A stretch of DNA of 42,403 nucleotides from a virus (lineage: Duplodnaviria > Caudoviricetes). The notes under the pieces are model-generated. The model ran no database searches. It was not told the origin of the DNA and saw only the letters and a list, made by a program, of their open reading frames with translations. A program made the translations under genes and the position numbers. The stretch lies in IMG/VR virus record IMGVR_UViG_3300046786_000606, positions 1 through 42,403 of that record; one strand, 5' to 3'. Shown piece by piece: positions 1 to 9,077 of the stretch (positions are counted from its first letter, which is position 1; the number at the start of each line of letters is the position of its first letter).

Positions 1-169
1 GTATAACTTTGTTGAGCTTTTTTTGCGTTTTTGCTGTCCGCAGTTTCGTGGCTCTATTGAGCCATTGACAGCAAATGCGGACAGCAACATGCCGGTCACC
101 GTTGCTGGTCACATATGCCTGTTGTCAAAATATGGCTAACTTTCGTTAAAAGTTATCCACTTTTGTTAT

Positions 170-198
170 TTGACTATCGGTTAGCTATTTGCTAAGCT
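170..198 (+). promoter_or_regulatory. Sigma70-type promoter TTGACT-17-TAAGCT (extended TGn), with DnaA-box-like TTATCCAC at 153-160
   Basis: Direct motif read; identical in copy B. Confidence 0.65.
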
Positions 199-231
199 AG
201 TAAATGAAGCTTACCAATTAACTAAAAAAAC

Positions 232-327
232 ATGATTCAACTTGTATCAGGAGAGGTGATCACAGAGGAAGAATATAAGAAAATTAGGGAAGCGATTAAA
301 AATAATAATCCATTCAAAAATGACTAA
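232..327 (+). CDS. Small hypothetical protein MIQLVSGEVITEEEYKKIREAIKNNNPFKND (not in ORF track)
   Basis: Frame conserved in copy B (38805-38903) with synonymous/conservative changes. Confidence 0.7.
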   Translation: MIQLVSGEVITEEEYKKIREAIKNNNPFKND

Positions 328-907
328 GACACAAGAAATAACAGTGATCGAGCGTGAGTTGAACCCAATGCTTGTAAAGGCAAAGGATTTGAACATACGA
401 GGGGCTAAGGATATGGAGGTTGCCTCAGAGTATCTATCACAGCTCAATATCGCCAAGGATAAGGTCACAGAGCGTATGGAGACTATTACAAAGCCCGCTA
501 AGGAGACCATAAAGGCAGCAGAAGCAATATGGAAGCCATTTGTGAATATGGCAAAGGATGCTATTCAACTCATTCGTGATAAACAGTCTGCTTATCAAAC
601 GGAGTTAGTACGCATAGCTCGTGAGAAAGAAGAGAAGATAGCTGAGCGGGTTGCTAAGGGCAACTTGAAGCTGGATACCGGGATCAAGAAAATCGGTGAG
701 ATTGAGAAGCCTGTTGAGGAAATCTATACCGATAGTGGAAAAGTTTCATTCCGTGAAGACGAGTGTTTCGAAATAGTAGATATTTCAAAGTTACCAGTCA
801 AATATGTTTTACCTAATGAGGTAGCTATCAGGATTGCAATGAAAGCTGGTATAAAAGTCGAAGGTGTACGTTACTTTACTAAAATGATTCCAGTTAACAA
901 GCGATAA
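320..907 (+). CDS. Coiled-coil phage protein (Gam/Gp157-like C-terminus)
   Basis: Helical K/E-rich body, ITKP motif, C-terminal FEIVDISKLP...GIKVEGVRY; homolog at 38893-39477. Confidence 0.55.
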   Translation: MTKTQEITVIERELNPMLVKAKDLNIRGAKDMEVASEYLSQLNIAKDKVTERMETITKPAKETIKAAEAIWKPFVNMAKDAIQLIRDKQSAYQTELVRIAREKEEKIAERVAKGNLKLDTGIKKIGEIEKPVEEIYTDSGKVSFREDECFEIVDISKLPVKYVLPNEVAIRIAMKAGIKVEGVRYFTKMIPVNKR

Positions 908-908
908 C

Positions 909-1028
909 ATGAACAAACAATTTATTGAGGATGCACAAGCGGACTTCTTTATGAAGCGAATGGCTAGACAAGGTATCGTTGCGGGATTGATCGTGACTTT
1001 AGTAGTAGTGGTTATTGTTAATCTATAA
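909..1028 (+). CDS. Small membrane protein MNKQFIEDAQADFFMKRMARQGIVAGLIVTLVVVVIVNL (not in ORF track)
   Basis: Fills gap between genes, C-terminal hydrophobic helix, conserved in copy B (39479-39598). Confidence 0.7.
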   Translation: MNKQFIEDAQADFFMKRMARQGIVAGLIVTLVVVVIVNL

Positions 1029-1032
1029 TTAT

Positions 1033-1527
1033 ATGACAAAAATTTATTATGGTAGAGATTTAATTGGAAGGTTTACCTGTGATGGTAAGAACTACACACG
1101 TTTTCAGTTGTTCCTATTGAAGGTAAAAAGGGCTGTTAAACGAACCATGGTTGCCATGGCGGTGTTTTCGGCAGTAGGATGGGGGATTGTGGCAGGTGCA
1201 ACGTATTTTCCAAGGATAGACATTGTAGAGGCCGAAGTGATCAAGGAGGTTGCTGTAAAAGCTCCTGTAATGGACAAAATTGCTCAGTGTGAGAGTGGTA
1301 ATAGCCATATTGATAAAAAGACTGGTCAGGTGCTGATGAGAGCTAATACGAATAAAACGGTTGATGTCGGGAAGTACCAGATCAATTCTGTGTGGTACAA
1401 AAAGGCTACTGAGCTAGGTTATGATATAACCAAAGAGGCGGATAATGAGAAAATGGCATATTGGTTGTATTATAATAGGGGAACTGGCGATTGGGTTTAT
1501 TCACAAAAATGTTGGGGAAATAAATAA
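1033..1527 (+). CDS. Membrane-anchored lysozyme-like/SLT lytic transglycosylase
   Basis: TM segment then IAQCES (catalytic Glu), DVGKYQIN and W..S..CW motifs; ATG at 1033 preferred. Confidence 0.75.
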   Translation: MTKIYYGRDLIGRFTCDGKNYTRFQLFLLKVKRAVKRTMVAMAVFSAVGWGIVAGATYFPRIDIVEAEVIKEVAVKAPVMDKIAQCESGNSHIDKKTGQVLMRANTNKTVDVGKYQINSVWYKKATELGYDITKEADNEKMAYWLYYNRGTGDWVYSQKCWGNK

Positions 1528-1528
1528 T

Positions 1529-1636
1529 ATGAACACCGTAAAAATAAAGTGGAGTGGTGTGTGGGTAATGGCACTGTTCTTGTTTATGATTGTGCTTATG
1601 TTGAGCGACATTAGTAGTAAGTTAACTTGTAGCTAA
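1529..1636 (+). CDS. Small membrane protein (35 aa)
   Basis: ATG just after preceding stop; hydrophobic; conserved in copy B. Confidence 0.65.
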   Translation: MNTVKIKWSGVWVMALFLFMIVLMLSDISSKLTCS

Positions 1637-1638
1637 TT

Positions 1639-1839
1639 ATGATCATCAACACAAAATTCATTACAGTACAGCAAGCAGGTCGAGCTTGTTTGAAACGTCA
1701 GTTGGAAATAGATGAGGTTAATCTTCCTGATTATCCAAGACCGTTAAAAAAGATTAAAGGTACTCATAAAAATTACTTCCAGACACAGGCAGCTAAATAT
1801 GGATTTGTCATGGCGGTCGTTAGATGTAATTTGCCTTAA
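1639..1839 (+). CDS. Hypothetical protein
   Basis: Conserved in copy B (40226-40426) with many synonymous changes. Confidence 0.8.
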   Translation: MIINTKFITVQQAGRACLKRQLEIDEVNLPDYPRPLKKIKGTHKNYFQTQAAKYGFVMAVVRCNLP

Positions 1840-1864
1840 TAATTATTAGTGATAATATATACAT

Positions 1865-2047
1865 ATGAAAGACATATCTATTGTTCAAAAAATAGTTACA
1901 GTGTTAGTTGTATTGGCTGTGTTAGTGATTGGATTATCAGTGATATTTAAGTCGGAGCCTGTTAAGTATGGACCATTTTATCCTGATCCAACCCCGACTC
2001 CAACATCAGGACCAATGACTGTTTATCCCAATAGTGGAAAAGAATAG
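1865..2047 (+). CDS. Small membrane protein with Pro/Thr-rich tail
   Basis: N-terminal TM helix, PDPTPTPT repeat; in-frame 6-nt indel in copy B. Confidence 0.8.
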   Translation: MKDISIVQKIVTVLVVLAVLVIGLSVIFKSEPVKYGPFYPDPTPTPTSGPMTVYPNSGKE

Positions 2048-2054
2048 TACAATT

Positions 2055-2088
2055 ATCCCCTTGACGGGGGATTTTTGTTTGGTATAAT
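2055..2088 (+). promoter_or_regulatory. Terminator hairpin overlapping promoter TTGACG-16-TATAAT (likely leaderless mRNA for 2095)
   Basis: ATCCCC-TTGACG-GGGGAT followed by T-run; TGG-TATAAT 6 nt before ATG; stem covaries in copy B. Confidence 0.75.
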
Positions 2089-2094
2089 TATTAC

Positions 2095-2895
2095 ATGAGG
2101 GATATCTATTTAACTCCTGATGCTAATAATACAGCATTGGAGACTCCTGATTCTATTGTTCGAGCTACCCCACTTCTTCGTGTAAATTACGATCGGGGTA
2201 TTTTTGCTTATTACGAAGGAGCTGAGTATCCACAAAAAGGAGTTAGTTCTATTGAGGTTATGAAGGCGATCAACATTGTTAAGGCTATTATTGCTGGTGT
2301 ACTAAGTTTTAGATTTACTTTACTGAGTTTACTAATGGCTTTCAATCGAATAGGAAACAAAGTGATCGAACAGTATTTACTCAAGGATGAGTATCGAACA
2401 GCTGGTACGTTAGAATTGGGTAGGATAATGTATGACTTTATTTTTTCATTGACTTCTAATCACACTGTAGCGCTTCATTTTTCTAATATTTGCTCACATT
2501 TGATTGAATATGATAATGCTTATCGTTTGAGACTTCTTGATCTAGGAAGTGAAACGACCAAGGAAAGGCTGTTAAAGAATCCTCGTAAAGAAATGAAAAG
2601 GTTAGTTAAGTTATTGTCTGATCGAGAAGTATTATTGGGAGAGGATGTCGCGCGAAAGTTTAGGACTGCTGTAAATATATTATCGTGGTTATTATTTATT
2701 CCTAAATATAGAAAAGCATTTAAGCATGCTATCCATATGGCCGATTGGGAAAAGATGACATTTGATAATATTGATAAGTATTGGGCGTGCCTAAGGACTG
2801 ATTATGATTTCTTTGGTAAACCTGCTTACCTTCGGATGTTAATGTTGGAAAATGAAGGTTACAGTATTCCTGTTCAAAAAGAAATAAAGATATGA
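2095..2895 (+). CDS. Hypothetical protein (266 aa)
   Basis: Long ORF conserved in copy B; EYDNAYRLR motif; no function recognised. Confidence 0.85.
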   Translation: MRDIYLTPDANNTALETPDSIVRATPLLRVNYDRGIFAYYEGAEYPQKGVSSIEVMKAINIVKAIIAGVLSFRFTLLSLLMAFNRIGNKVIEQYLLKDEYRTAGTLELGRIMYDFIFSLTSNHTVALHFSNICSHLIEYDNAYRLRLLDLGSETTKERLLKNPRKEMKRLVKLLSDREVLLGEDVARKFRTAVNILSWLLFIPKYRKAFKHAIHMADWEKMTFDNIDKYWACLRTDYDFFGKPAYLRMLMLENEGYSIPVQKEIKI

Positions 2896-3293
2896 AAGCA
2901 GAAGAAATAAGAAGTGAATACACTAAAACTTATGATCAAGGGATACTTAATCATGGTGTTCGCGCATGGTTTTATTTACAGAAAGGTTTGAATTTAATAA
3001 ATGAGTTCAAGTATTTAGTGGCTGGTATATTAGCCCTTTACTATACGTTGCAATTTGATTCCTATTGGATCTTAATTGGTATATTTGTTGTTTCTATCCC
3101 GGTGTTGACTTTTATAGGTTGGTTCCATACACATAAGATGTCAAAGGCGATGGAATGGACGGCTATGGTATTTTCTTCTTATTTTGCAAGGTATAATGTA
3201 GATTTGAATGAAAAGACTGCGGATCATACAGAAAAGAATACAAAGTTATTGGAGGCCATATTGCATGAATTACAAAATAAAGGTAAAATATAA
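2892..3293 (+). CDS. Membrane protein with two TM helices
   Basis: ATGA overlap, two hydrophobic segments, conserved in copy B. Confidence 0.8.
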   Translation: MKAEEIRSEYTKTYDQGILNHGVRAWFYLQKGLNLINEFKYLVAGILALYYTLQFDSYWILIGIFVVSIPVLTFIGWFHTHKMSKAMEWTAMVFSSYFARYNVDLNEKTADHTEKNTKLLEAILHELQNKGKI

Positions 3294-3295
3294 CT

Positions 3296-3571
3296 ATGAA
3301 TCCACTTGTTTATAAGATAGTAATGAGTGTCCAGAATCTGAAGACTAAGGATAAAAAGTTTGTCGATATCCTTTCGGTAGATGTCCACTATTGGAAAACT
3401 CCTGAGGATCGAGCGGCTTTTCAAAAGTTTGTTAATGCTGACAAGGCTAAGGAAGCTAGTGAAAAGATTTCCGTAGTTTCTGGACAAATAGCTTTGGATG
3501 CTAATCGAGAGTTCAAAAGACAGGTGAACGCAATTATTGATGAGGTGTTGAGGTTAAAGGAGGGGAAGTAA
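3296..3571 (+). CDS. Hypothetical protein
   Basis: Conserved in copy B (41890-42165). Confidence 0.8.
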   Translation: MNPLVYKIVMSVQNLKTKDKKFVDILSVDVHYWKTPEDRAAFQKFVNADKAKEASEKISVVSGQIALDANREFKRQVNAIIDEVLRLKEGK

Positions 3572-3602
3572 TTGGTTATTTGGTTCTTACCAAATTTTTA
3601 AT

Positions 3603-3917
3603 ATGGGAATATCACCCGAACAAGCACGAATAAATGGGCGTAAGGGTGGCCGTAAGAAAGGCCAGTCGGCTATTACAGCAGAAGCTGGCAAAGCTTTGCT
3701 TATAAAAATGTATCTTGAGAATATCATTCCGATCAATGAGGCATTATTAAAGAAAGCGAGAGAAGGCGATATGCAGGCTATCAAAGAACTACACGATCGT
3801 GTTTACAATAAAGCGGCACAACCTCTTACTGGACCTCAGGGCGGAAACATTGTTTTTGAGTTTATAAAATATAATGACAACCAAAGTAACCTTCCCCCAC
3901 AAGTTCCAACCCCGTAG
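3603..3917 (+). CDS. terS: Terminase small subunit (putative)
   Basis: NGRKGGRKKG N-terminus, KKAREGDMQAIKELHDR helix, directly upstream of and overlapping terL. Confidence 0.75.
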   Translation: MGISPEQARINGRKGGRKKGQSAITAEAGKALLIKMYLENIIPINEALLKKAREGDMQAIKELHDRVYNKAAQPLTGPQGGNIVFEFIKYNDNQSNLPPQVPTP

Positions 3918-5172
3918 CTATCAGTTAGCACTGTTACGCGCTCTTGATGCCGGCATTAAGCGTGCTGTAATTGTGTGGAACAGACGTTCTGGTAAAGATA
4001 AAGTGTGTTTCAATTATATGGTTAGATGTGCCGCTGAAAAGATTGGTACATATTATTATATGTTGCCTACACGTGAGCAGGCTAAGCGTGTTATCTGGGA
4101 AAATATAGACAATGATGGTTTCAAGATGTTGGATCACATACCAAAGGAGGCTGTTAAGAGTACAAACGGTACTGAATTAAAGATTGAGTTGACTAACGGG
4201 AGTATTATTCAATTGATTCCGGCTAATGAATTTTCTGAAAGAGGTGTTGGTACAAACCCTATTGGTGTAGTATTTTCTGAGTACTCATTGACTGATGAAA
4301 AAGCGTGGATATACCTTCGTCCTATTGTCCTTGCTAATGGTGGCTGGGTTATTTTTAACTTTACACCTAGAGGTATGAATCATGCGCACCTTATTTTGCA
4401 GATAGCGAAAAATAATCCTAACGAATGGTTCCATGAAATTCTTACGGTGAATGAAACAAAAGTCGTGACTATGGATCAAATTGATGGTGAGCGAAGGGAG
4501 GGCATGCCCGAAGATTTAATACAACAAGAATATTTCTGTAAGTTTACAGAGTCTGGTGCCTCATTCTTTAAACGTGTTGATGAAAATGTTTGGACCGAAA
4601 CGGATTGGAAGCCAAAGGAGTTGGCACAATTTCAACTTGGTGTAGACCTTGCGAAGTTCCATGATTATACGGTTATCACAAGATTTGATCTCAATAGTTT
4701 TCGTGTACTGCCTCAGGATAGATTTAATCAAATGGACTACAATCTCCAGAAGGCTAGAATTGAGAACGCATACCTAAAATCCAATAATGGACGTGTTATA
4801 ATCGATTCTACGGGGGTTGGAGAACCAGTGTATGATGACTTGTATGCCCGAAACATACGAGTGGAGCCATTTCGTTTTAACCAGAAGTCTAGGATGGATC
4901 TATTGCGTAACCTACAGATTTTGTTAGAACAGGATAGGATAAAAATACCTAATGATCCAATATTGATCGCTGAGTTGAAGTCAATGCAATATGCTCTGTC
5001 CACAGCTGGCAACCTAACTGTGCAAGTCCCGGATGGGTTACATGACGATTGTATAATGAGTTTAGCTCTCGCTGTTTGGGACGCACCGCAGAATCCAATA
5101 CATGTAAATCAATTTACTAATAGTAACCAGACCTATGGCGTCCTGCCTATGGATCCCACATTTGGAATATGA
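3874..5172 (+). CDS. terL: Terminase large subunit
   Basis: Walker A RRSGKD, Walker B VVFSE, FTPRG motif, nuclease motifs LGVDLA, IDSTGVG, HDDCIMSLALA. Confidence 0.95.
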   Translation: MTTKVTFPHKFQPRSYQLALLRALDAGIKRAVIVWNRRSGKDKVCFNYMVRCAAEKIGTYYYMLPTREQAKRVIWENIDNDGFKMLDHIPKEAVKSTNGTELKIELTNGSIIQLIPANEFSERGVGTNPIGVVFSEYSLTDEKAWIYLRPIVLANGGWVIFNFTPRGMNHAHLILQIAKNNPNEWFHEILTVNETKVVTMDQIDGERREGMPEDLIQQEYFCKFTESGASFFKRVDENVWTETDWKPKELAQFQLGVDLAKFHDYTVITRFDLNSFRVLPQDRFNQMDYNLQKARIENAYLKSNNGRVIIDSTGVGEPVYDDLYARNIRVEPFRFNQKSRMDLLRNLQILLEQDRIKIPNDPILIAELKSMQYALSTAGNLTVQVPDGLHDDCIMSLALAVWDAPQNPIHVNQFTNSNQTYGVLPMDPTFGI

Positions 5173-5350
5173 CATTTGATGAATATTTAATTTGGTACGG
5201 AGAGACTACTAATACACGAAAATAGATGTATAATAATTATCGTATAAGGATGCGTCATGAAAAGTGGAAGCGATCATATCGGTATAAATTATATAGTTTC
5301 TTTTTTGGGTTAGGTAGTAGGATTGTTAATTATTCTTATAGATTTACAAA

Positions 5351-5515
5351 ATGAAAGACTTTAATCAACTAACCGACAATGAAGTAAGATTGGTGACAGC
5401 CCTTCGCTCTTTACATCCGTTTGAGAAAATAATTATCAGTGCTGATAAGAACGGCGCGGTGGATAGTTACGTTGTAGAGAGAAGTTATAAAGAAATATGG
5501 GTTACTATTGCTTGA
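5351..5515 (+). CDS. Small hypothetical protein MKDFNQLTDNEVRLVTALRSLHPFEKIIISADKNG... (54 aa, not in ORF track)
   Basis: Clean ORF with A-rich upstream between terL and portal. Confidence 0.6.
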   Translation: MKDFNQLTDNEVRLVTALRSLHPFEKIIISADKNGAVDSYVVERSYKEIWVTIA

Positions 5516-5536
5516 CATAGCATTGTTTGGTATAAT
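5508..5536 (+). promoter_or_regulatory. Promoter for structural operon (TTGCTT-17-TATAAT, extended TGG); leader hairpin ACGATAGAGC/GCTTTGTCGT at about 5571-5594
   Basis: Direct motif read upstream of portal. Confidence 0.6.
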
Positions 5537-5611
5537 TGTACTAACTTAATAATTGTCACGAAAGTATCGGACGATAGAGCTTTGGCTTTGTCGTTTATTT
5601 TTATATAAAAA

Positions 5612-7291
5612 ATGCAAGACAACCTAAACAACGATATCTTAATAGATCAAAATAAAAGAGAAAAAGAAGAATCTGTTAAATTCAAAGAGAGACGTTTTGA
5701 TCAGTGGAATGAAAACTATACTCTCTTTAGGGATAAGGTATCAATCAATCGTTTAACACAGCGTCAGGCGGTCAATCTTCCGATCATTCGCGAGACTATC
5801 CAATCTTGGGTATCAAAGATTGATGAACCGCCTATATTGAAATTTGAATCCCGTGGCCGTGATGGTAGTTCCAAGAACGGTGAGATCATCTTGAATGAAT
5901 TGTGGGGCTACTACTTTGATAAACTCAAATTAGATATCCTTGATAATATGGAAAAGAAGATTGTTGGCCTCCAAGGACGTGCGTTTAAGAAGTGGGGGTG
6001 GGCTAAGGGCGAGATATTCTGTGATGTGATTGATCCATATGATATTGATATTGATCCTAGAGCCAATCCTCTTGATCTAAATTCTGCTGATCATGTTATT
6101 CATAAGAATATATTTAGGCCACTAAGAAATATTCTTGCTAATAAGACATATTTGCCTGAAGGTAAACAGCAATTGAAACAATATCTTGATTCTAAACAAG
6201 GTATTTTGGCTCAGGCTCATACAGACGAGGACTTTGAAAAGAGGAGAGAGAGACTAGAACTTCTAGGTGTAACAAATTATGACGATTTTAGGGCTTCTGA
6301 TGTTATGGTTGAGCTTAATGAATCGTATAAACTCATTTGGGTTGAGGCAGAAAAGAGATTTGTACGTCATTTGATAGTCTTTGCTGCGGACGGAGCGATT
6401 TTGTACAAAAAACCCTTGAAAGATGCTATAGGTATCACTGATATCCCTATCATTACATGGGCATCAGATCCAGATTTGAATGATATTTGGTCAGATGGTA
6501 TTGCCGACAATGTAAGGACGATCAATAAGGTGATCAACATGTATATGTCACAGGATTTGGAGAGTAGAACCTATAGAAACTTTGGTATGTACTTCTTCAA
6601 TACGTTAAATGGTACATTTACACCACGATCATTCACTCCTGCGCCGTTCGGAATGTATGGTGTCCCCGGTAAGCCGTCAGAGATTATTGAACAAATGAGG
6701 ATTGAACCATTAAATGATACTGCTAACCAGATCGGATTCTTAAAGGATTTGATCCAGTCGTCAGTTGCTCAAACTCCTACTGAAAGAGGGGTGCAAGACA
6801 ACAAAAATGCTACTCTTGGTGAAGTCCAATTGCAATTTCAACAGTCTCAGTCTCGAAACGAGGTGGTCGCCAAGAACTATCGTACCGCATGGAAAGAGTC
6901 CGGTAAGATTTTCTATGATCTATTGAACGCCAACTCTAGTGGCTCAATGACTTTGTACAAGAAAGGTAATGATGGAAGTTACTTGCCAAAAGAAGTGAAG
7001 CCTACTGATTGGCAAGACCCTAAGGGTTATGAGTGCAAGGTTGTTTTGAAACAAGAACAGGATGAGACAAGTGACTTTGACCTTAAGAAGTTGGCCTATG
7101 TTAAGCAGTCATTCCAAGATAACCCAATTGCCTTGAAGATTGCTAAGAAAAAGGAATTGGAACTATTGGATTGGAAACAAAACGAGATTGATGAGGTTAT
7201 GGCAGTCTATGATCAACCGGCTCCAATGCCTATGGGTGGAGAGCAGATGCCACAACCGGTTCAAGTACCAACTAAACAACCAATGCAATGA
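5612..7291 (+). CDS. Portal protein (P22-like)
   Basis: Size, position after terL, IDPYDIDIDP and WSDGIADNV motifs, TLGEVQL, Q/P/M-rich tail. Confidence 0.88.
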   Translation: MQDNLNNDILIDQNKREKEESVKFKERRFDQWNENYTLFRDKVSINRLTQRQAVNLPIIRETIQSWVSKIDEPPILKFESRGRDGSSKNGEIILNELWGYYFDKLKLDILDNMEKKIVGLQGRAFKKWGWAKGEIFCDVIDPYDIDIDPRANPLDLNSADHVIHKNIFRPLRNILANKTYLPEGKQQLKQYLDSKQGILAQAHTDEDFEKRRERLELLGVTNYDDFRASDVMVELNESYKLIWVEAEKRFVRHLIVFAADGAILYKKPLKDAIGITDIPIITWASDPDLNDIWSDGIADNVRTINKVINMYMSQDLESRTYRNFGMYFFNTLNGTFTPRSFTPAPFGMYGVPGKPSEIIEQMRIEPLNDTANQIGFLKDLIQSSVAQTPTERGVQDNKNATLGEVQLQFQQSQSRNEVVAKNYRTAWKESGKIFYDLLNANSSGSMTLYKKGNDGSYLPKEVKPTDWQDPKGYECKVVLKQEQDETSDFDLKKLAYVKQSFQDNPIALKIAKKKELELLDWKQNEIDEVMAVYDQPAPMPMGGEQMPQPVQVPTKQPMQ

Positions 7292-7620
7292 ATGAAAAAA
7301 TATTAAAGTTTATAAATAAGTATGCGTCCAAGATTGGTGGTAAAGAGGTTAAGTCATTCGAGGATTTGACGTCAGAAGAGAAAGAAACTTATAAAGAATG
7401 GGAAGTGGCGTTGAGTGGACGAAAACTTACTGATACTGATGTCCAAACGTTTTTGAATACTGAATTAGATACCGCAGTCACGAGACTTACAGATGTGGAT
7501 CTAAAGGTCGAGGACGCAGTATTTAGAAAGGTCGAAGTACGTTTAATAAAAAAGATAATCAATTTCTTGAACATGCCGGCTGTTGAGAAGGCATTAGTAG
7601 AGAAACAATTAGAAAAATGA
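7288..7620 (+). CDS. Hypothetical protein (head module)
   Basis: ATGA-coupled to portal. Confidence 0.75.
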   Translation: MNEKILKFINKYASKIGGKEVKSFEDLTSEEKETYKEWEVALSGRKLTDTDVQTFLNTELDTAVTRLTDVDLKVEDAVFRKVEVRLIKKIINFLNMPAVEKALVEKQLEK

Positions 7621-7904
7621 ATCAAACATTTACACATAAAATTTGTACAACAGATACTCTAGTTAAAACTGGTGGTGGTAAATTGCATACTCTTACATTT
7701 TCATGTAATGATGCGGCACCTACAGCAGGTTCAATTATTGTTTTTGATAGTACAACAGAGGCAGGAACACAAATATTTAATCATACATTTACTACAACAC
7801 CATTCGTTCCGTGTAGTGTTGTGTTAGATGTTAATTTTACTGCTGGTTTATATGTCGGTTTTACTACAACCGCAGACGTAAATTGTACGGTATCTTATAG
7901 TTAA
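7617..7904 (+). CDS. Small beta-rich virion protein (putative)
   Basis: Thr/Gly-rich, LDVNFTAGLYV-type ending seen in phage structural modules. Confidence 0.65.
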   Translation: MNQTFTHKICTTDTLVKTGGGKLHTLTFSCNDAAPTAGSIIVFDSTTEAGTQIFNHTFTTTPFVPCSVVLDVNFTAGLYVGFTTTADVNCTVSYS

Positions 7905-7964
7905 AGTCGCGACCAATGATGTCGTTAAACTCATAAGTTACTAGCTCTTTAACATAATTTATAT

Positions 7965-8231
7965 ATGGACAGAGTTAATGAAGTCTTGGCAAAGGAGACT
8001 TTGTATGAGGAAGACATAAACTTTCTTATGCAAAATGTCAACATGTTGCCAATGGCTGCAAAAGTTAGGTTAGGACTGGTTCCTGCACCAGCTATAAAGG
8101 CTGTTGAAGTGCCAGTAAAAGAGGTATTAGTTCCCAAAGAAGTTCTTGAAAAGGGACTTGTTGGACAACTTGAAGAGATTACAACAGAATCTCTACCTAA
8201 AAAGAGAGTGGGAAAGAAAGTTAAAAAATAG
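7965..8231 (+). CDS. Hypothetical protein with basic tail
   Basis: ORF in operon orientation with AT-rich start. Confidence 0.7.
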   Translation: MDRVNEVLAKETLYEEDINFLMQNVNMLPMAAKVRLGLVPAPAIKAVEVPVKEVLVPKEVLEKGLVGQLEEITTESLPKKRVGKKVKK

Positions 8232-8257
8232 TTAATCTCCCAAACCCCAAAATACAT

Positions 8258-9028
8258 ATGGGACGGGACAACAAAAGTATGAATCCAAACTCATTTGATC
8301 AAGAGATAAAGGACGCGCAAGCCAACCCTGATGCTCCACAATCACAAGGAACGGAACCGGTGACACCCGAAGAAAAGCCAGCACAGGAAGGCGAACCTAG
8401 TGTTGATTACCAAAAGAAGTTTGCCGAGTCTTCTACAGAAGCTATCAGACTCTATAAAGAGAATGAAGAACTGAAGAAAGCTCTCGAGGCAAAAGCCAAT
8501 GAGCCAGTAGTGGCTCCACCTATGGAGAGTGTGTATCCCGGTTTCGAGCAACTAGATCCAGAGGCGCAGAAGAATCTTATTGCTTATACAAATGTGGTAA
8601 CAAAGCGTGCAACAGAAGAGATTTATAAAAATCCTGCTATCGCACATTCGGTTAAAGTGTATAACGAAAATAAGTTTGACAATGCCCTAGCGTCAGTAGT
8701 TGCTAAGTTTCCAGAGCTTGAGAAGTCAAAATCTGATTTCAAAAATAAGACCTTTAATGCTAATAATATTCCGGATAATATTGAAAATATCTTGAGTGAT
8801 CTAGCAAAAGCATACTTATATGATAAAGCTGTGGAGATAGGAGCCGAGAAAGAGCGAGCAAAGGCCGGTCGTGTTGATATGGAACGAGGAACTAGTGGGA
8901 CCAAAACTCCTACTACCAATCGATCGCTTGAAGATTGGATGCGAATGTCACAGGAAAATCCTATGAAATTTGCCCAACTATCAAAGGAATATCAAGCCGA
9001 CATGGAATCTGGTAAGCTCAAGGAATAA
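8258..9028 (+). CDS. Capsid scaffolding protein (start may be 8279)
   Basis: Acidic P/E-rich N-terminus, DYQKKFAES coiled coil, directly upstream of capsid. Confidence 0.8.
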   Translation: MGRDNKSMNPNSFDQEIKDAQANPDAPQSQGTEPVTPEEKPAQEGEPSVDYQKKFAESSTEAIRLYKENEELKKALEAKANEPVVAPPMESVYPGFEQLDPEAQKNLIAYTNVVTKRATEEIYKNPAIAHSVKVYNENKFDNALASVVAKFPELEKSKSDFKNKTFNANNIPDNIENILSDLAKAYLYDKAVEIGAEKERAKAGRVDMERGTSGTKTPTTNRSLEDWMRMSQENPMKFAQLSKEYQADMESGKLKE

Positions 9029-9077
9029 ATAACCTTACATATTAGACCATAGGATTATCAATTTAATCCTTAAAAAA

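Larger units (their letters stand above)
1..3813 (+). repeat. Diverged direct repeat, copy A (allele A of early/accessory module)
   Basis: Collinear with 38575-42403: same gene order, near-identical junctions, diverged gene bodies; last 127 nt (3687-3813) identical to 42277-42403. Confidence 0.97.

Noticed and set aside
1-3813. True phage direct terminal repeat
   Set aside because: Physical terminal repeats are regenerated each cycle and should be identical; these copies are heavily diverged and end on a 127-nt identity typical of assembly
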